Below are positions 19,418-29,445 of a DNA stretch of 64,000 bases, in pieces. Below the pieces are notes generated by a model. That model did not search any database, was not told the origin of the DNA, and worked only from the letters and a program-made list of their open reading frames with translations. A program made the translations under genes and the position numbers. The first letter of the stretch is position 1. Each line of letters starts with the position of its first letter. The stretch comes from an uncultured Candidatus Actinomarina sp. (GTDB lineage Bacteria > Actinomycetota > Acidimicrobiia > Actinomarinales > Actinomarinaceae). The stretch spans positions 81,592 to 145,591 of the forward strand of contig CACMQN010000001.1 in assembly GCA_902615855.1 (NCBI GenBank), given 5' to 3'.

Positions 19418-19627
19418 ATGAAGAAAATCATAAAATTAGTAATATCAACAATTTTAATAAAAGTATTTTATGACGTTTTTAATGAAAACAAGTTTGTTAA
19501 AGAACAGATTGATAAATTAAAAGAAGAAGTTACAAATTTAGAAATGTCTGATATCGATCAGAAAATTAAAGATTTTCAAAATAAAATCGACGGTTTTAAA
19601 AATAAAAATCAAGACTCTCCGGAGTAA
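19418..19627 (+). CDS. small membrane-anchored coiled-coil protein (YtxH-like?)
   Basis: 69 aa with an N-terminal hydrophobic helix and a Lys/Glu-rich heptad-like tail. Confidence 0.4.
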   Translation: MKKIIKLVISTILIKVFYDVFNENKFVKEQIDKLKEEVTNLEMSDIDQKIKDFQNKIDGFKNKNQDSPE

Positions 19628-19630
19628 AAT

Positions 19631-20080
19631 ATCTGGAAATTACTAGGTAAAACATTCTCATATTGGCCAACTTGGCTCGTCAAGTTAATAACAACTGCCC
19701 ATTCAAATATTATGAAATTCAATCATACATTTATTGGCAGAAAGCTAATAGGGGAGAATATTTTACTTCTAGAAACAGTTGGACGTAAATCAAATAAATT
19801 AAGAAAAACACCTTTGACTTATGTTGTAATTGATGAAGGATATCTTGTTGCAGCCTCATATGGAGGGAGAGACAAAACTCCTGATTGGTTTTTCAACATA
19901 AATACAGACAAAGTAAAAATACTCGTAAATAAGGAATACAAAGATGCAAAGCCTTTAATTGTTGATGAACTTGAAAAGGAAGAGTATTGGAAACTATTAA
20001 CTGATTTCTATCCTACTTTTAATCTTTACAGGTCAAAAACAGAGAGAGATATTCCTTTAGTAAAACTTGTTACAAATTAG
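19631..20080 (+). CDS. deazaflavin (F420H2)-dependent nitroreductase family (Ddn/DUF385-like), probable AUC start
   Basis: LLLETVGRKSNKLRKTPLTYVV..AASYGGRDKTPDWFFN is the family core. The frame is open back to 19628 and encodes a plausible N-terminal helix (WKLLGKTFSYWPTWLVKLITTAHSNI). That stretch has no ATG/GTG/TTG; ATC at 19631 lies 6 nt after GGAG (19621..19624). The ORF-track ATG at 19712 would give a truncated 122-aa protein. Confidence 0.6.
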   Translation: MWKLLGKTFSYWPTWLVKLITTAHSNIMKFNHTFIGRKLIGENILLLETVGRKSNKLRKTPLTYVVIDEGYLVAASYGGRDKTPDWFFNINTDKVKILVNKEYKDAKPLIVDELEKEEYWKLLTDFYPTFNLYRSKTERDIPLVKLVTN

Positions 20081-21059
20081 GTTTTATATTTGGGCCGTTT
20101 CTTACCACGGTATTCCATAGTGTTGAATAATGATCAAGGTCTTCAGGATTTACATGAGGAAGTACCATATTTTTCCATGTTTCATGCAAAGGATCTGAAG
20201 CATTTTTGTACAAATCTAATCCAACGGGAATTCTTTCTACAACTGTTCTAAGACTCATTGGCGTTTCAATATTGATGCTTATGTCATCAGATAAAAATGA
20301 GTTATTAATTTCAATAGCCAATTTGATTATTAGATCTGTGAATTCATTTTGTAATTTTGGATATCGTTTTTTAAATATTGATTCAAGCTGTTCTTTGTTA
20401 GGAAAAGGTTTATCCCAAATAACCCATCGATCAGCGAATGCTTTGTTTAGAGTTTGTGTTCCCGCATAATCTCTTAAGCTCGTTGGATTCATTGTTCCAA
20501 AAATATATGAGTCATTTCTTAATTCAATAACTTCTCCATTAGGAAGCTCTAGTTTTTTGTGTCTATCTAATAGTGAATGTAAAGCAAATAAAACTTCTGG
20601 TCCAGCTGCATTTAATTCTGATAGATTAATAATGGAAGGTCCTCTTAGTGCTCTGGTTAATTCGCCATCCTGCCATTTGGAATCTGTTCCACCAACTCCA
20701 TCTCCATATAATTGAACTGAACCAAGTAAAGTCACGTCTCTAACTTCACCTGATAAAGGAATCCGATAGTATGGATAATTTAATTTTGCAGCTAATTGCT
20801 CTATATCGTGATCCTTACCTGTTCCCATATGTCCTTTAAGTGCAATATGAATCGGGATTTCATTTTTAAACGTATCTTCTTTGCTCTTAATAATTTGAGC
20901 TAATTTATATTGAATTCCAAAGTCTACATAATTTTTATCTAACTCAGGTATGCGTTCGGCTCTTGATTCATAATCAGGAATTGATTTTGATAGCTTACAT
21001 TCATTTAGCTTTATATCACCCTTACCAGTTGGGTTTTTAAATATTTGTTCAGCCATCAA
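20070..21059 (-). CDS. CobS-like (MoxR-clade) AAA+ ATPase with atypical Walker motifs
   Basis: KGHMGTGKDHDIEQLAAKLNYPYYRI parallels the CobS motif GYHGTGKSTHIEQVAARLNWP (recalled). Sensor-1 FGTMNP and ADRW are present. Walker A is GK-D (D83) and Walker B is IINLSE (S147). Confidence 0.7.
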   Translation of the reverse strand: MMAEQIFKNPTGKGDIKLNECKLSKSIPDYESRAERIPELDKNYVDFGIQYKLAQIIKSKEDTFKNEIPIHIALKGHMGTGKDHDIEQLAAKLNYPYYRIPLSGEVRDVTLLGSVQLYGDGVGGTDSKWQDGELTRALRGPSIINLSELNAAGPEVLFALHSLLDRHKKLELPNGEVIELRNDSYIFGTMNPTSLRDYAGTQTLNKAFADRWVIWDKPFPNKEQLESIFKKRYPKLQNEFTDLIIKLAIEINNSFLSDDISINIETPMSLRTVVERIPVGLDLYKNASDPLHETWKNMVLPHVNPEDLDHYSTLWNTVVRNGPNIKPNL

Positions 21060-23008
21060 GCAACTCCTGTAGATTCTTCAATATTCTTTATAAGTATATC
21101 CTTTGTGATGTTTACTATTGAATGAATTAACTCTTCAGGTTCATTTATTTGGGTTTTATTTATATATTCTTTCCAAGTGCCTCTTTCTCCAATACCTATC
21201 CCAATTACATCAATCCCAACTTTGGAAGCATAATTGATAGAACTTTTTAAATCCTCAAGCGATCCTCTTGTCATACCGTCTGACAGTACGGCTAAAAGTT
21301 TTGTTTTAGAACCTTTTTCTAGAAGTCTTTTTGTAGAAAACATTATATTTCTTTCATCAACATTGGTTCCTCTTTCAAACATGCTTGCAGGAGGGTGATC
21401 GAAATTAGATTCTATTTTGTCTAATGACTCCCTTAAGTTTCTTGAAAATTCAATTAAACCTATAAACTTTTCATAATTTTCTTTCCATGAATCATCAAAC
21501 TTTTTAATAAAATAATGATTTGTTGTATTGAAGTAATATTCAGCATTCGATCCATAATTTGTATTTAGCATCGAGGAAACAGCCATCTTTCTTTTTAAAT
21601 ATAATTCTTCATTCTCTAATTCATCTGCCGCAAAGCTCCTATTAAAAATTGCAACTTCAAAATCAATATCTAATTCATGGCAGATTTGTGCAAGATAACT
21701 TGCTCCAATTAATGCTGCTGGGAGAGACCAGGGATAGAAATCACCTTTATCTTTTTCAAGCATTGAACCACTTCCATCAATTAGTAAAGATACTGCATAA
21801 GATTTGTTTGAAAGCCGTTGTTTTTGTTCAAACATTCTTTCATACCTACCTGATGCAAGCATTAGAGGAACATGTGGTGATAAATCGCCCTGATCATAAC
21901 CGCTGATTCTGAGCCTTTTTTTATTATGTATAAAGTAAGGCTTTATTTTGTTTGTAACTTTGAATACGGGCAGATCCCATTCTTCCAACAAGGAGTTATA
22001 AGTATTTAATCCATTTGTATATAAATTTTTAAATGATTTTGGTAAATTAGTACTCAGTAATTTTGATACTTTACCATTTGGAAGATAAACGGTTGAGGAT
22101 GTTCCAACTTTTGAAACATGATCATCCATAAAGTTAAGCTTTTCATCCTCTGAATCTGCACCCTTTTTACCTAAGAATTTTTCTAAGGTATTACCTGATG
22201 TAATATTTGTACTAGAAGGAATTAAGACTTTGTTTAAATCGTCAATTACGGAGTCTTCAAAGTTTTCTATTGATTCTCTACGTTCTCCCAATGTTTGGTT
22301 ATCAACATCTGGTAATAGATTGTATCTTCTACAAATATCTGTAATTTCTATCGTTATATCGATAGTGTCTTCTATTAAGTTTTTATCATATGAAAAATTA
22401 TCTAATACTCTTAAAGTCTCTTTTAATGGTTCTTTAATATTTTTTGGATACTTTTCTATATCTAATTCAACATATCCTGTGATGTTATGAAAAAGCAATG
22501 TTAAAAATTTATTGAAAGGCTTTAAATTTTTTATGTTGATACTAGATTCTTTATAAATATCCTCGAGGATTGACTTAAGACCGTTAAAGTTTTTTACAAA
22601 TTGAAACTCATCATAGGAATGCACAAGTATTTCAAAAATATATTTCCCAAATGGACCCGCGAGAACTTCCAGAACTTCATCAATGTTAGTTAACCCTTCA
22701 GTGTCATCTTTATATTTTGTGAGATCTTCATCAACATTGAAATTATATTCTTCCATAGAATGGATAGCCTCATGGACTACAGTTCCAATTATCAATTCCT
22801 TAAATTCAAGTTCTGAATCTGAAACTGCATTAACCAAAATAGATGGATTTATGTTGATCTCGTTTTTGTTTTTACTTTTGGTTTTACCAAGATTAATAAC
22901 AATATTTGCATTATTGGTTTCGGATTGTATTAGTCGTGTAATTGCTGGACTAATTTTTTGAAATATTTCAATAATTTGAGTTTCTAAAGTTTTTTTCTTA
23001 AATTCCAT
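21056..23008 (-). CDS. CobT-like vWA-domain protein with N-terminal HExxH motif
   Basis: C-terminal vWA domain with an intact MIDAS (LLIDGSGSM ... LSDGM). N-terminal VVHEAIHS (H79-E-x-x-H83). 4-nt overlap with the downstream AAA+ gene. Confidence 0.6.
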   Translation of the reverse strand: MEFKKKTLETQIIEIFQKISPAITRLIQSETNNANIVINLGKTKSKNKNEININPSILVNAVSDSELEFKELIIGTVVHEAIHSMEEYNFNVDEDLTKYKDDTEGLTNIDEVLEVLAGPFGKYIFEILVHSYDEFQFVKNFNGLKSILEDIYKESSINIKNLKPFNKFLTLLFHNITGYVELDIEKYPKNIKEPLKETLRVLDNFSYDKNLIEDTIDITIEITDICRRYNLLPDVDNQTLGERRESIENFEDSVIDDLNKVLIPSSTNITSGNTLEKFLGKKGADSEDEKLNFMDDHVSKVGTSSTVYLPNGKVSKLLSTNLPKSFKNLYTNGLNTYNSLLEEWDLPVFKVTNKIKPYFIHNKKRLRISGYDQGDLSPHVPLMLASGRYERMFEQKQRLSNKSYAVSLLIDGSGSMLEKDKGDFYPWSLPAALIGASYLAQICHELDIDFEVAIFNRSFAADELENEELYLKRKMAVSSMLNTNYGSNAEYYFNTTNHYFIKKFDDSWKENYEKFIGLIEFSRNLRESLDKIESNFDHPPASMFERGTNVDERNIMFSTKRLLEKGSKTKLLAVLSDGMTRGSLEDLKSSINYASKVGIDVIGIGIGERGTWKEYINKTQINEPEELIHSIVNITKDILIKNIEESTGVA

Positions 23009-23049
23009 TTTTTATCATTATCATTAAAGACTGATAATACAAGTATAAG

Positions 23050-23802
23050 GTGAATATTAAGTTGAATGAAATTGCAAACAAGACTGTAATCGTTTCCGGT
23101 GGTAAAGGAAGCATGGGTGTTATGGTCTCAAATTTTATTAATGATCTAGATGATTTTGAAATAATTGGGATAATTGATCCTGGAGAAAATGACTCTACAT
23201 TTAAAAACTATTTAATTTCAGATGACTTTGTATGTGATTATATTTTTGAATTTGCTCCAGCATCTGTTGTTAATGAAAATATTAAGATACTTGCAAATAA
23301 CGATGCCAAATTAATAATTGGATCATCAGGTGTGAATGATGAATCAATTAAACTATTAAAAAATTCTAATAAAGGAGTTGCACTTATTCCTAATTTTTCA
23401 GCGGGCGCAGCTTTCCAAAAAGTTTTTTCTCAGCAGTTATCAAATACATTTAAGAATGTACATATCGTAGAAAAACATCATTCAAATAAGGAAGATGCAC
23501 CATCTGGGACTTCGAAAGATGTTGCTTCAAGTTTAGAAAAGATGAACTCAGAAGATATAGAAGGGGAGTATTTTGCAACAACAGAGGAAAATTCAATCAA
23601 TATCTACTCATTAAGATCGGATGATTATTTAGCTGAACAAGAAGTCGTATTTTCTAATACTTTTGAAGAATTTATTCTTGATCATAAAGTTAATGATAGA
23701 AGAGCATACTTAACAGGAATCGAGATAGTATTACGTGAAATGGAAAATGTAAATTCTTACGTTTATGGACTTGAAACTCTTATGAAAGAAGCAATGGACT
23801 GA
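23050..23802 (+). CDS. dapB: 4-hydroxy-tetrahydrodipicolinate reductase
   Basis: EKHHSNKEDAPSGTS signature and an N-terminal Rossmann motif. GTG start. Confidence 0.9.
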   Translation: MNIKLNEIANKTVIVSGGKGSMGVMVSNFINDLDDFEIIGIIDPGENDSTFKNYLISDDFVCDYIFEFAPASVVNENIKILANNDAKLIIGSSGVNDESIKLLKNSNKGVALIPNFSAGAAFQKVFSQQLSNTFKNVHIVEKHHSNKEDAPSGTSKDVASSLEKMNSEDIEGEYFATTEENSINIYSLRSDDYLAEQEVVFSNTFEEFILDHKVNDRRAYLTGIEIVLREMENVNSYVYGLETLMKEAMD

Positions 23803-23804
23803 TC

Positions 23805-24686
23805 ATGACTGAGTTTGGTAGTTTATTAACAGCTTCAATTACTCCTTTTGATTCACAAGGTGTATTAAATACTGACACTCTTTGGAGACTGTGTAGAAAA
23901 TTGGTGCATGACAAATCAGAAGGAATTGTGCTTACTGGAACAACAGGAGAATCACCAAACCTTTCAATTAAAGATAGAGAGATTATTTACTCTACTGCTA
24001 TTGATTCTGTCAGTGATAAAGCAAAGATTATTGCTGGTACTGGTACATATTCAACTTCTGAATCAATTGAGATTACTAAAATGGCAGATTCTCTTGGTGT
24101 AGACGGAATAATGATTGTTACTCCGTATTATTCAAAACCTTCTCAACATGGAATTTTGCGTCATTTTGAAGAAATATCAAAAATAACAGATCTTCCAATA
24201 ATGGCCTACAACATTCCAGGTCGTACAAGTACATTAATTGAACTTGAAACTCTTCAGACTCTTGTTGATGATATCGGTGTTCACTCTATTAAAGATGCAG
24301 TTGGTGATTTTGAATTTTCTAAAAAGCAACTTGAATTGTTAAAAGATAAAGCAGCTATTTATTCAGGTAATGATAATCAAACTTTCGATTTTATAATTAA
24401 TGGTGGAATAGGTGTAGTTTCCGTTGCTTCACACGTTGTTGGCGATGAAATTTCTGCAATGATAAGCTTTGCTAAAAATAAAGATTTTGCAAAAGCTGAA
24501 AAGATTAACAATCAGCTATCTAATTTTTTTGAAGCAATATTTGAAGAGCCAAGTCCGGGACCAATAAAAAAAATATTATCTGAAAGTTGGGAAGAAGTTG
24601 GCGAGCCTTTACTTCCAATAACTACAATTTCAGATGAATTAGCCCATAAAATTAGGGGTTTTTATAAAAAAATAAAGGAAAATTAG
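23805..24686 (+). CDS. dapA: 4-hydroxy-tetrahydrodipicolinate synthase
   Basis: GTTGESP, YNIPGRT and IKDA (Schiff-base Lys) blocks. Confidence 0.9.
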   Translation: MTEFGSLLTASITPFDSQGVLNTDTLWRLCRKLVHDKSEGIVLTGTTGESPNLSIKDREIIYSTAIDSVSDKAKIIAGTGTYSTSESIEITKMADSLGVDGIMIVTPYYSKPSQHGILRHFEEISKITDLPIMAYNIPGRTSTLIELETLQTLVDDIGVHSIKDAVGDFEFSKKQLELLKDKAAIYSGNDNQTFDFIINGGIGVVSVASHVVGDEISAMISFAKNKDFAKAEKINNQLSNFFEAIFEEPSPGPIKKILSESWEEVGEPLLPITTISDELAHKIRGFYKKIKEN

Positions 24687-24714
24687 GCTTTTTTTACTAT
24701 ATTTTGTGGTATAA

Positions 24715-27090
24715 TTGATCGTGGCTGTTAAGACATCCACTCGCAAAAGGGTTGATGGGCGTAAGCGGGTGTCTAAACCGAAAAATTTAATAAAAGTACC
24801 TAATATTCTAAAGGGTATAAACAAAACTTCTAGTTCAATAATAAGTTCTTTTTTCAAATCTTATCAAGCAGTTTCTCTATTTATGGCTGGATTAGCTATT
24901 CTTGTGGGATTATCTTCATTTGGTAAAGCTGGTCCGATAGGAGAATTTGTAAACAATTTAATTACATGGTCATTTGGCTACGGAGTTTATTTATTTCCTC
25001 TCCTTTTGATTTATGGAGCAGCAATTCTTATAAGGGATAAAGATTACATCAATACACAAAAAGTTTTCATAGGGACAATATGGGTACAAATATTTACATC
25101 TGCATTATTTCATTTCTATATTCACTCTGAACCACTATCTATAAGTGTCGGTAGCGCTGTACTTCAAAAATCAGGTGGATTCATTTCTGCATTTATTGTC
25201 TATCCATTAAATAATCTGTTGGCAGCAGAGATGACACATGTTGTACTTCTATTTGGATTAATAATTTCTGTTTTATATATGACGGATATAGAACTTAAAG
25301 ATCTTATTAGTGGAGTTCAAGCAATATTTGTATACTCATATAGGTTTATTTTTGCATTTTATAAAGCTAGAAGTGAAGCATCCAAAATAAATTTTGATTA
25401 TATTACTACTGAAACTAGCACCACGGCAGAAAATGATGAATCCAATAATGTAATTACATTAAAGAAGGAAAAAGTTAAAAAAGAAGTTAAATCAAAAAAA
25501 TCAATATCAAAAGAACCATCATTACCACAATTGAAAAAGCAAAATAGGAAGTCATCGAGTTACGTACTTCCACCATTGAAATTATTAAAAATGGGTACTG
25601 ATGTTTCTACTTCAAAAAAACTTTTACAACAAACTGCTACAGATTTACAAAATCTCTTAAAAGAGCATGGTGTTGAAGCTGAGTTAACAAAAATTGTACC
25701 TGGTCCAACTGTCACAAGATATGAAATTGAGTTATCACCTGGTGTTAAAGTGTCTAAAGTTACATCACTTTCACACGACATTGCTTATGCTTTAGCTACG
25801 CCAGATGTAAGACTTTTAGCTCCAATTCCTGGTAGAAGTGCGATTGGTATTGAAATTCCAAATAGGCAAAGAAGACTTGTTTCATTGGGAGATGTTCTAA
25901 CTTCACCAGAGGCAAAAAAATTAGATCATCCTTTAAACGTTGGACTGGGATTAGACATTTCAGGTCAAGCCAGACTAATCAACTTATCTGAACTACCTCA
26001 CGTTTTGATAGCAGGTCAAACTGGTGCTGGTAAATCCTCATGTATTAATTCAATTGTTACATCTCTTCTAATGAGGACCAATCCAGATGAAGTAAAAATG
26101 GTAATGGTTGATCCAAAAAGAGTTGAGTTAGGGCAGTACAACAATGTACCTCATTTACTTACAAAAGTAATTACAAACCCAAAGAAAGCTGTTGATGCAT
26201 TAACTTGGGCTGTTTCTGAGATGGATAGAAGATATGATTTATTAGCAGACGGGCAAGTACGTGATATTAATGGTTATCATGAAAAATTTGATGCTGGATT
26301 ATTAGATACAGAAAAATTTGATAGATTTCCATACATAGTTGTGTGTATTGATGAGTTGAATGATTTGATGATGGTTGCTGGACGGGAGGTAGAGTCAGCT
26401 ATTGTAAGACTTGCTCAAATGGCTAGAGCAATTGGTATACACTTAGTTGTTGCAACTCAAAGACCTTCAGTAGATGTAATTACTGGTGTAATGAAAGCAA
26501 ACATTCCTTCAAGACTTGCATTTTCTGTTGCTTCAACAACAGATTCACGAGTCATCCTTGATCAGTCTGGAGCTGAAAAATTAATTGGACTTGGAGACAT
26601 GCTAATTGTTACGGCTTCAAATCCTAGACTAGAAAGAATCCAAGGTGCTTGGGTAACTGAGGGTGAGATTAAGGACGTAGTCTCATGGGTTAAGTCACAA
26701 AAAGAGGCTGAATATAATCCTGCTGTTATTGAAGAACAAAAATCTTCGACTGTTCAAAGTGAAGAAGATTTAGGTGAAGATGAAGAGTTAATAAAAACTG
26801 CAACTGATCTTGTTGTTAGATCACAATTAGGATCTACTTCAATGTTACAAAGAAAACTGAGAGTAGGATTTGCAAGAGCAGGTCGATTAATGGATATTCT
26901 TGAATCTCAAGGGATTGTAGGTCCATCAGAAGGGTCTAAAGCTAGAGAGGTTTTAATTACAGTAGAAGAATATGAAACAAGTAAACTTTCTTCAATTGAC
27001 GATGCTAGTGAAAATTCTGATGATATTGATATGCCTGAAATTGCAAATGATGAAATTGAGACGACTGACGATAATTGGTACGAAGAGTAA
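24715..27090 (+). CDS. ftsK: DNA translocase FtsK
   Basis: N-terminal TM segments, linker, motor domain with Walker A GQTGAGKS and VVCIDELNDL, and a C-terminal gamma winged-helix (LQRKLRVGFARAGRLMDILE). The start is TTG 24715 or GTG 24721. Confidence 0.95.
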   Translation: MIVAVKTSTRKRVDGRKRVSKPKNLIKVPNILKGINKTSSSIISSFFKSYQAVSLFMAGLAILVGLSSFGKAGPIGEFVNNLITWSFGYGVYLFPLLLIYGAAILIRDKDYINTQKVFIGTIWVQIFTSALFHFYIHSEPLSISVGSAVLQKSGGFISAFIVYPLNNLLAAEMTHVVLLFGLIISVLYMTDIELKDLISGVQAIFVYSYRFIFAFYKARSEASKINFDYITTETSTTAENDESNNVITLKKEKVKKEVKSKKSISKEPSLPQLKKQNRKSSSYVLPPLKLLKMGTDVSTSKKLLQQTATDLQNLLKEHGVEAELTKIVPGPTVTRYEIELSPGVKVSKVTSLSHDIAYALATPDVRLLAPIPGRSAIGIEIPNRQRRLVSLGDVLTSPEAKKLDHPLNVGLGLDISGQARLINLSELPHVLIAGQTGAGKSSCINSIVTSLLMRTNPDEVKMVMVDPKRVELGQYNNVPHLLTKVITNPKKAVDALTWAVSEMDRRYDLLADGQVRDINGYHEKFDAGLLDTEKFDRFPYIVVCIDELNDLMMVAGREVESAIVRLAQMARAIGIHLVVATQRPSVDVITGVMKANIPSRLAFSVASTTDSRVILDQSGAEKLIGLGDMLIVTASNPRLERIQGAWVTEGEIKDVVSWVKSQKEAEYNPAVIEEQKSSTVQSEEDLGEDEELIKTATDLVVRSQLGSTSMLQRKLRVGFARAGRLMDILESQGIVGPSEGSKAREVLITVEEYETSKLSSIDDASENSDDIDMPEIANDEIETTDDNWYEE

Positions 27091-27915
27091 TTAACTTTTT
27101 ACAACTTTTCCTTTAATAATTCTATTTCTTATTGCTGCTGAAATTGTATCTGCAGTAAGAACTAAAATAATTGTACATATTAGAACAGTTCCCGCTCTCG
27201 GAAAATCTCTAAACCTTAATTGATTTATAAGCTCTTGACCAACACCACCGGCGCCTACAACACCTAATACTGCAGAAGCTCTGAGGTTTATTTCAAATCT
27301 ATAAAGCCAGTAGGAAGTTATTGTTGGCATTACTTGAGGAATTACACCAAATGAAAGCTCATTTAATTTAGACCCTCCTGATGATTTTATAGCTTCTAAA
27401 GGTCCTTCATCTATTCCCTCAATAACTTCTGAAGATAGTTTTCCCAATGTGCCAATTGAATGTATTCCTACTGCTAATGTTCCAGTGAATGGACCAAGAC
27501 CAGTGATTGGTAAGAAAACAAACGCTAAAATCAATTCAGGAAAAGCCCTTATCGCATTCAATATTTGTTTAGTTGCTCTACTTACAATTCCAACAGCAAC
27601 ATTTTGTGCAGCTAAAAAAGATACTGGAAAACTAAATATTGCACCAATTACTGTTCCAGCCCATGCTATAAATAAGGATTCAAATACTTTAGGAATTATT
27701 CTATCAAATGCTTCTTGACTTAGATCAAGAGGAAACATAGCTCCAACTAATATACCAATTTGCCTTGGAGCATCGAGTATTCTTTCTAGAGTTATTTCAA
27801 GTCCAGCTGCTGACCATAATGACCCAATTATGATTAATGTGGTCAATGAATATTTTAATATTCGTTGACTTATTGGCTGTTGTGGAATCTTCATATAATT
27901 TTTCTTCTTATCCAT
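27091..27915 (-). CDS. phnE: phosphonate ABC transporter permease
   Basis: PhnE-type blocks (EAIKSSGGSKLNELSFGVIPQVMP, VLGVVGAGGVG). Its stop abuts the ftsK stop. Confidence 0.8.
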   Translation of the reverse strand: MDKKKNYMKIPQQPISQRILKYSLTTLIIIGSLWSAAGLEITLERILDAPRQIGILVGAMFPLDLSQEAFDRIIPKVFESLFIAWAGTVIGAIFSFPVSFLAAQNVAVGIVSRATKQILNAIRAFPELILAFVFLPITGLGPFTGTLAVGIHSIGTLGKLSSEVIEGIDEGPLEAIKSSGGSKLNELSFGVIPQVMPTITSYWLYRFEINLRASAVLGVVGAGGVGQELINQLRFRDFPRAGTVLICTIILVLTADTISAAIRNRIIKGKVVKS

Positions 27916-28679
27916 ACGCTGAATTGTTCAATAAGTATGACAACTACAAGAATTATTACAATAATTGGAGATATTCTATCAAACCTTAGAAATATTCTCT
28001 GTGTTTCAATAATTCTACCAACCCCACCTGCACCAACTAAGCCAAGAATTACACTAGCTCTTATGCATAACTCAAAAATGTAAAGAAAATAAGCAGTATA
28101 ATTTGGCAACACTTGTGGTAATGCAGATGTAAAAACTGATTGATTATGTGATGACCCCGTTGCTTTTGCAGCTTCCATAGGTCCAGGATCTATACTGTCA
28201 ATTGTCTCAGACAGAAGTTTACCCATTATTGCAAGTGAAAACATAATTAATGCGAGTACACCAGCAAATGGACCTATCCCCACAGCAACTGTGAATAACA
28301 TAGCCCAAAACAAATCCGGGATTGTTCTTATAAGATTTAAAAATGATTTATATAAAAAATAAGAGTATTTGTTTAAATTTGTAGCTCTTGATGCGTAAAA
28401 AGCTAATGGCAAAGCAACCGCACATCCAACGATACTTGCAAGGATTGCTATCTGTACAGTTTCAAGTAATGCATCTGCCGTGTTTTCCCAAGCCCATTGC
28501 CATTTTGGATTGAATAATGGATCTGTAACAATTGCTCGATTAGCTAGATTTTCTTTAAAGTCTTGAAGGTTGAAACCTATTCTTCTAAAAGAAAAAATCG
28601 TAAATAGCATTGCTGCAGGTATACCAATAGTTACAAGGTACGTTGGTGCCGGTTTTTTTGGTATATTAATCATCACCAA
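27891..28679 (-). CDS. phnE: phosphonate ABC transporter permease (second copy)
   Basis: Paralogous PhnE blocks (EAAKATGSSHNQSVFTSALPQVLP, ILGLVGAGGVG). Confidence 0.8.
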   Translation of the reverse strand: MVMINIPKKPAPTYLVTIGIPAAMLFTIFSFRRIGFNLQDFKENLANRAIVTDPLFNPKWQWAWENTADALLETVQIAILASIVGCAVALPLAFYASRATNLNKYSYFLYKSFLNLIRTIPDLFWAMLFTVAVGIGPFAGVLALIMFSLAIMGKLLSETIDSIDPGPMEAAKATGSSHNQSVFTSALPQVLPNYTAYFLYIFELCIRASVILGLVGAGGVGRIIETQRIFLRFDRISPIIVIILVVVILIEQFSVWIRRKII

Positions 28680-29433
28680 TTAGATCAGAAGATTTAATTG
28701 ATCTTCCATATATATTTTCAAAATCTTCATCGGAAACATCGTTTACATTTCCATCAAATACAAGTTTTCCATCTCTAAGTCCAATAAGTCTATCTCCAAA
28801 TTCCTTTGCTAAATCAAGAAAATGCAAATTAACAATCGTTGTTATTCCAAGCTCAGTATTTATTTTCTTTAAATAACTCATTACAACTCTTGATGTGATT
28901 GGATCTAGGGAAGCAACAGGCTCATCAGCCAACATGACTTTTGGTTTTTGAGATAAAGCTCTGGCAATACCTACTCTTTGTTGTTGACCACCAGATAAGT
29001 TTGAAGCTCTAACATATGCTTTTTCTAATATCTCAACCTGATTTAAAGCTTCAAATGCCATTTGCTTTTGTTCTTTAGGCCAAAGTCCTAGTATTGATCT
29101 AATTGTTGAAATGTTGCTCAATCTGCCAGTAAGAACATTTTTCAAAACGGTTGACCTATTAACAAGATTAAATGTTTGAAAAATCATTCCAATCTGTGAT
29201 CTAATTTGTTTTAATTCTCTTTTTTTTGCACTTGTAACATTTTTATTTTCCAAATAGACAGAACCAGTAGAAGGTTTCACAAGATTATTTACTGTTCTTA
29301 GAAGGGTAGATTTACCTGCACCGGAAAGACCTACAATAATAATAAAATCCCCATCTTTGATTTCTAGGTTTAAATTTTTAAGTGCCTCAACGCCTCCTGG
29401 ATAGGTGACACTTACATTTTCAAATTTAATCAT
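28666..29433 (-). CDS. phnC: phosphonate ABC transporter ATP-binding protein
   Basis: Walker A GLSGAGKST, signature LSGGQQQR, Walker B VMLADEP. Context with phnD and phnE. Confidence 0.85.
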   Translation of the reverse strand: MIKFENVSVTYPGGVEALKNLNLEIKDGDFIIIVGLSGAGKSTLLRTVNNLVKPSTGSVYLENKNVTSAKKRELKQIRSQIGMIFQTFNLVNRSTVLKNVLTGRLSNISTIRSILGLWPKEQKQMAFEALNQVEILEKAYVRASNLSGGQQQRVGIARALSQKPKVMLADEPVASLDPITSRVVMSYLKKINTELGITTIVNLHFLDLAKEFGDRLIGLRDGKLVFDGNVNDVSDEDFENIYGRSIKSSDLIGDD

Positions 29434-29445
29434 AATAAGAATTTT

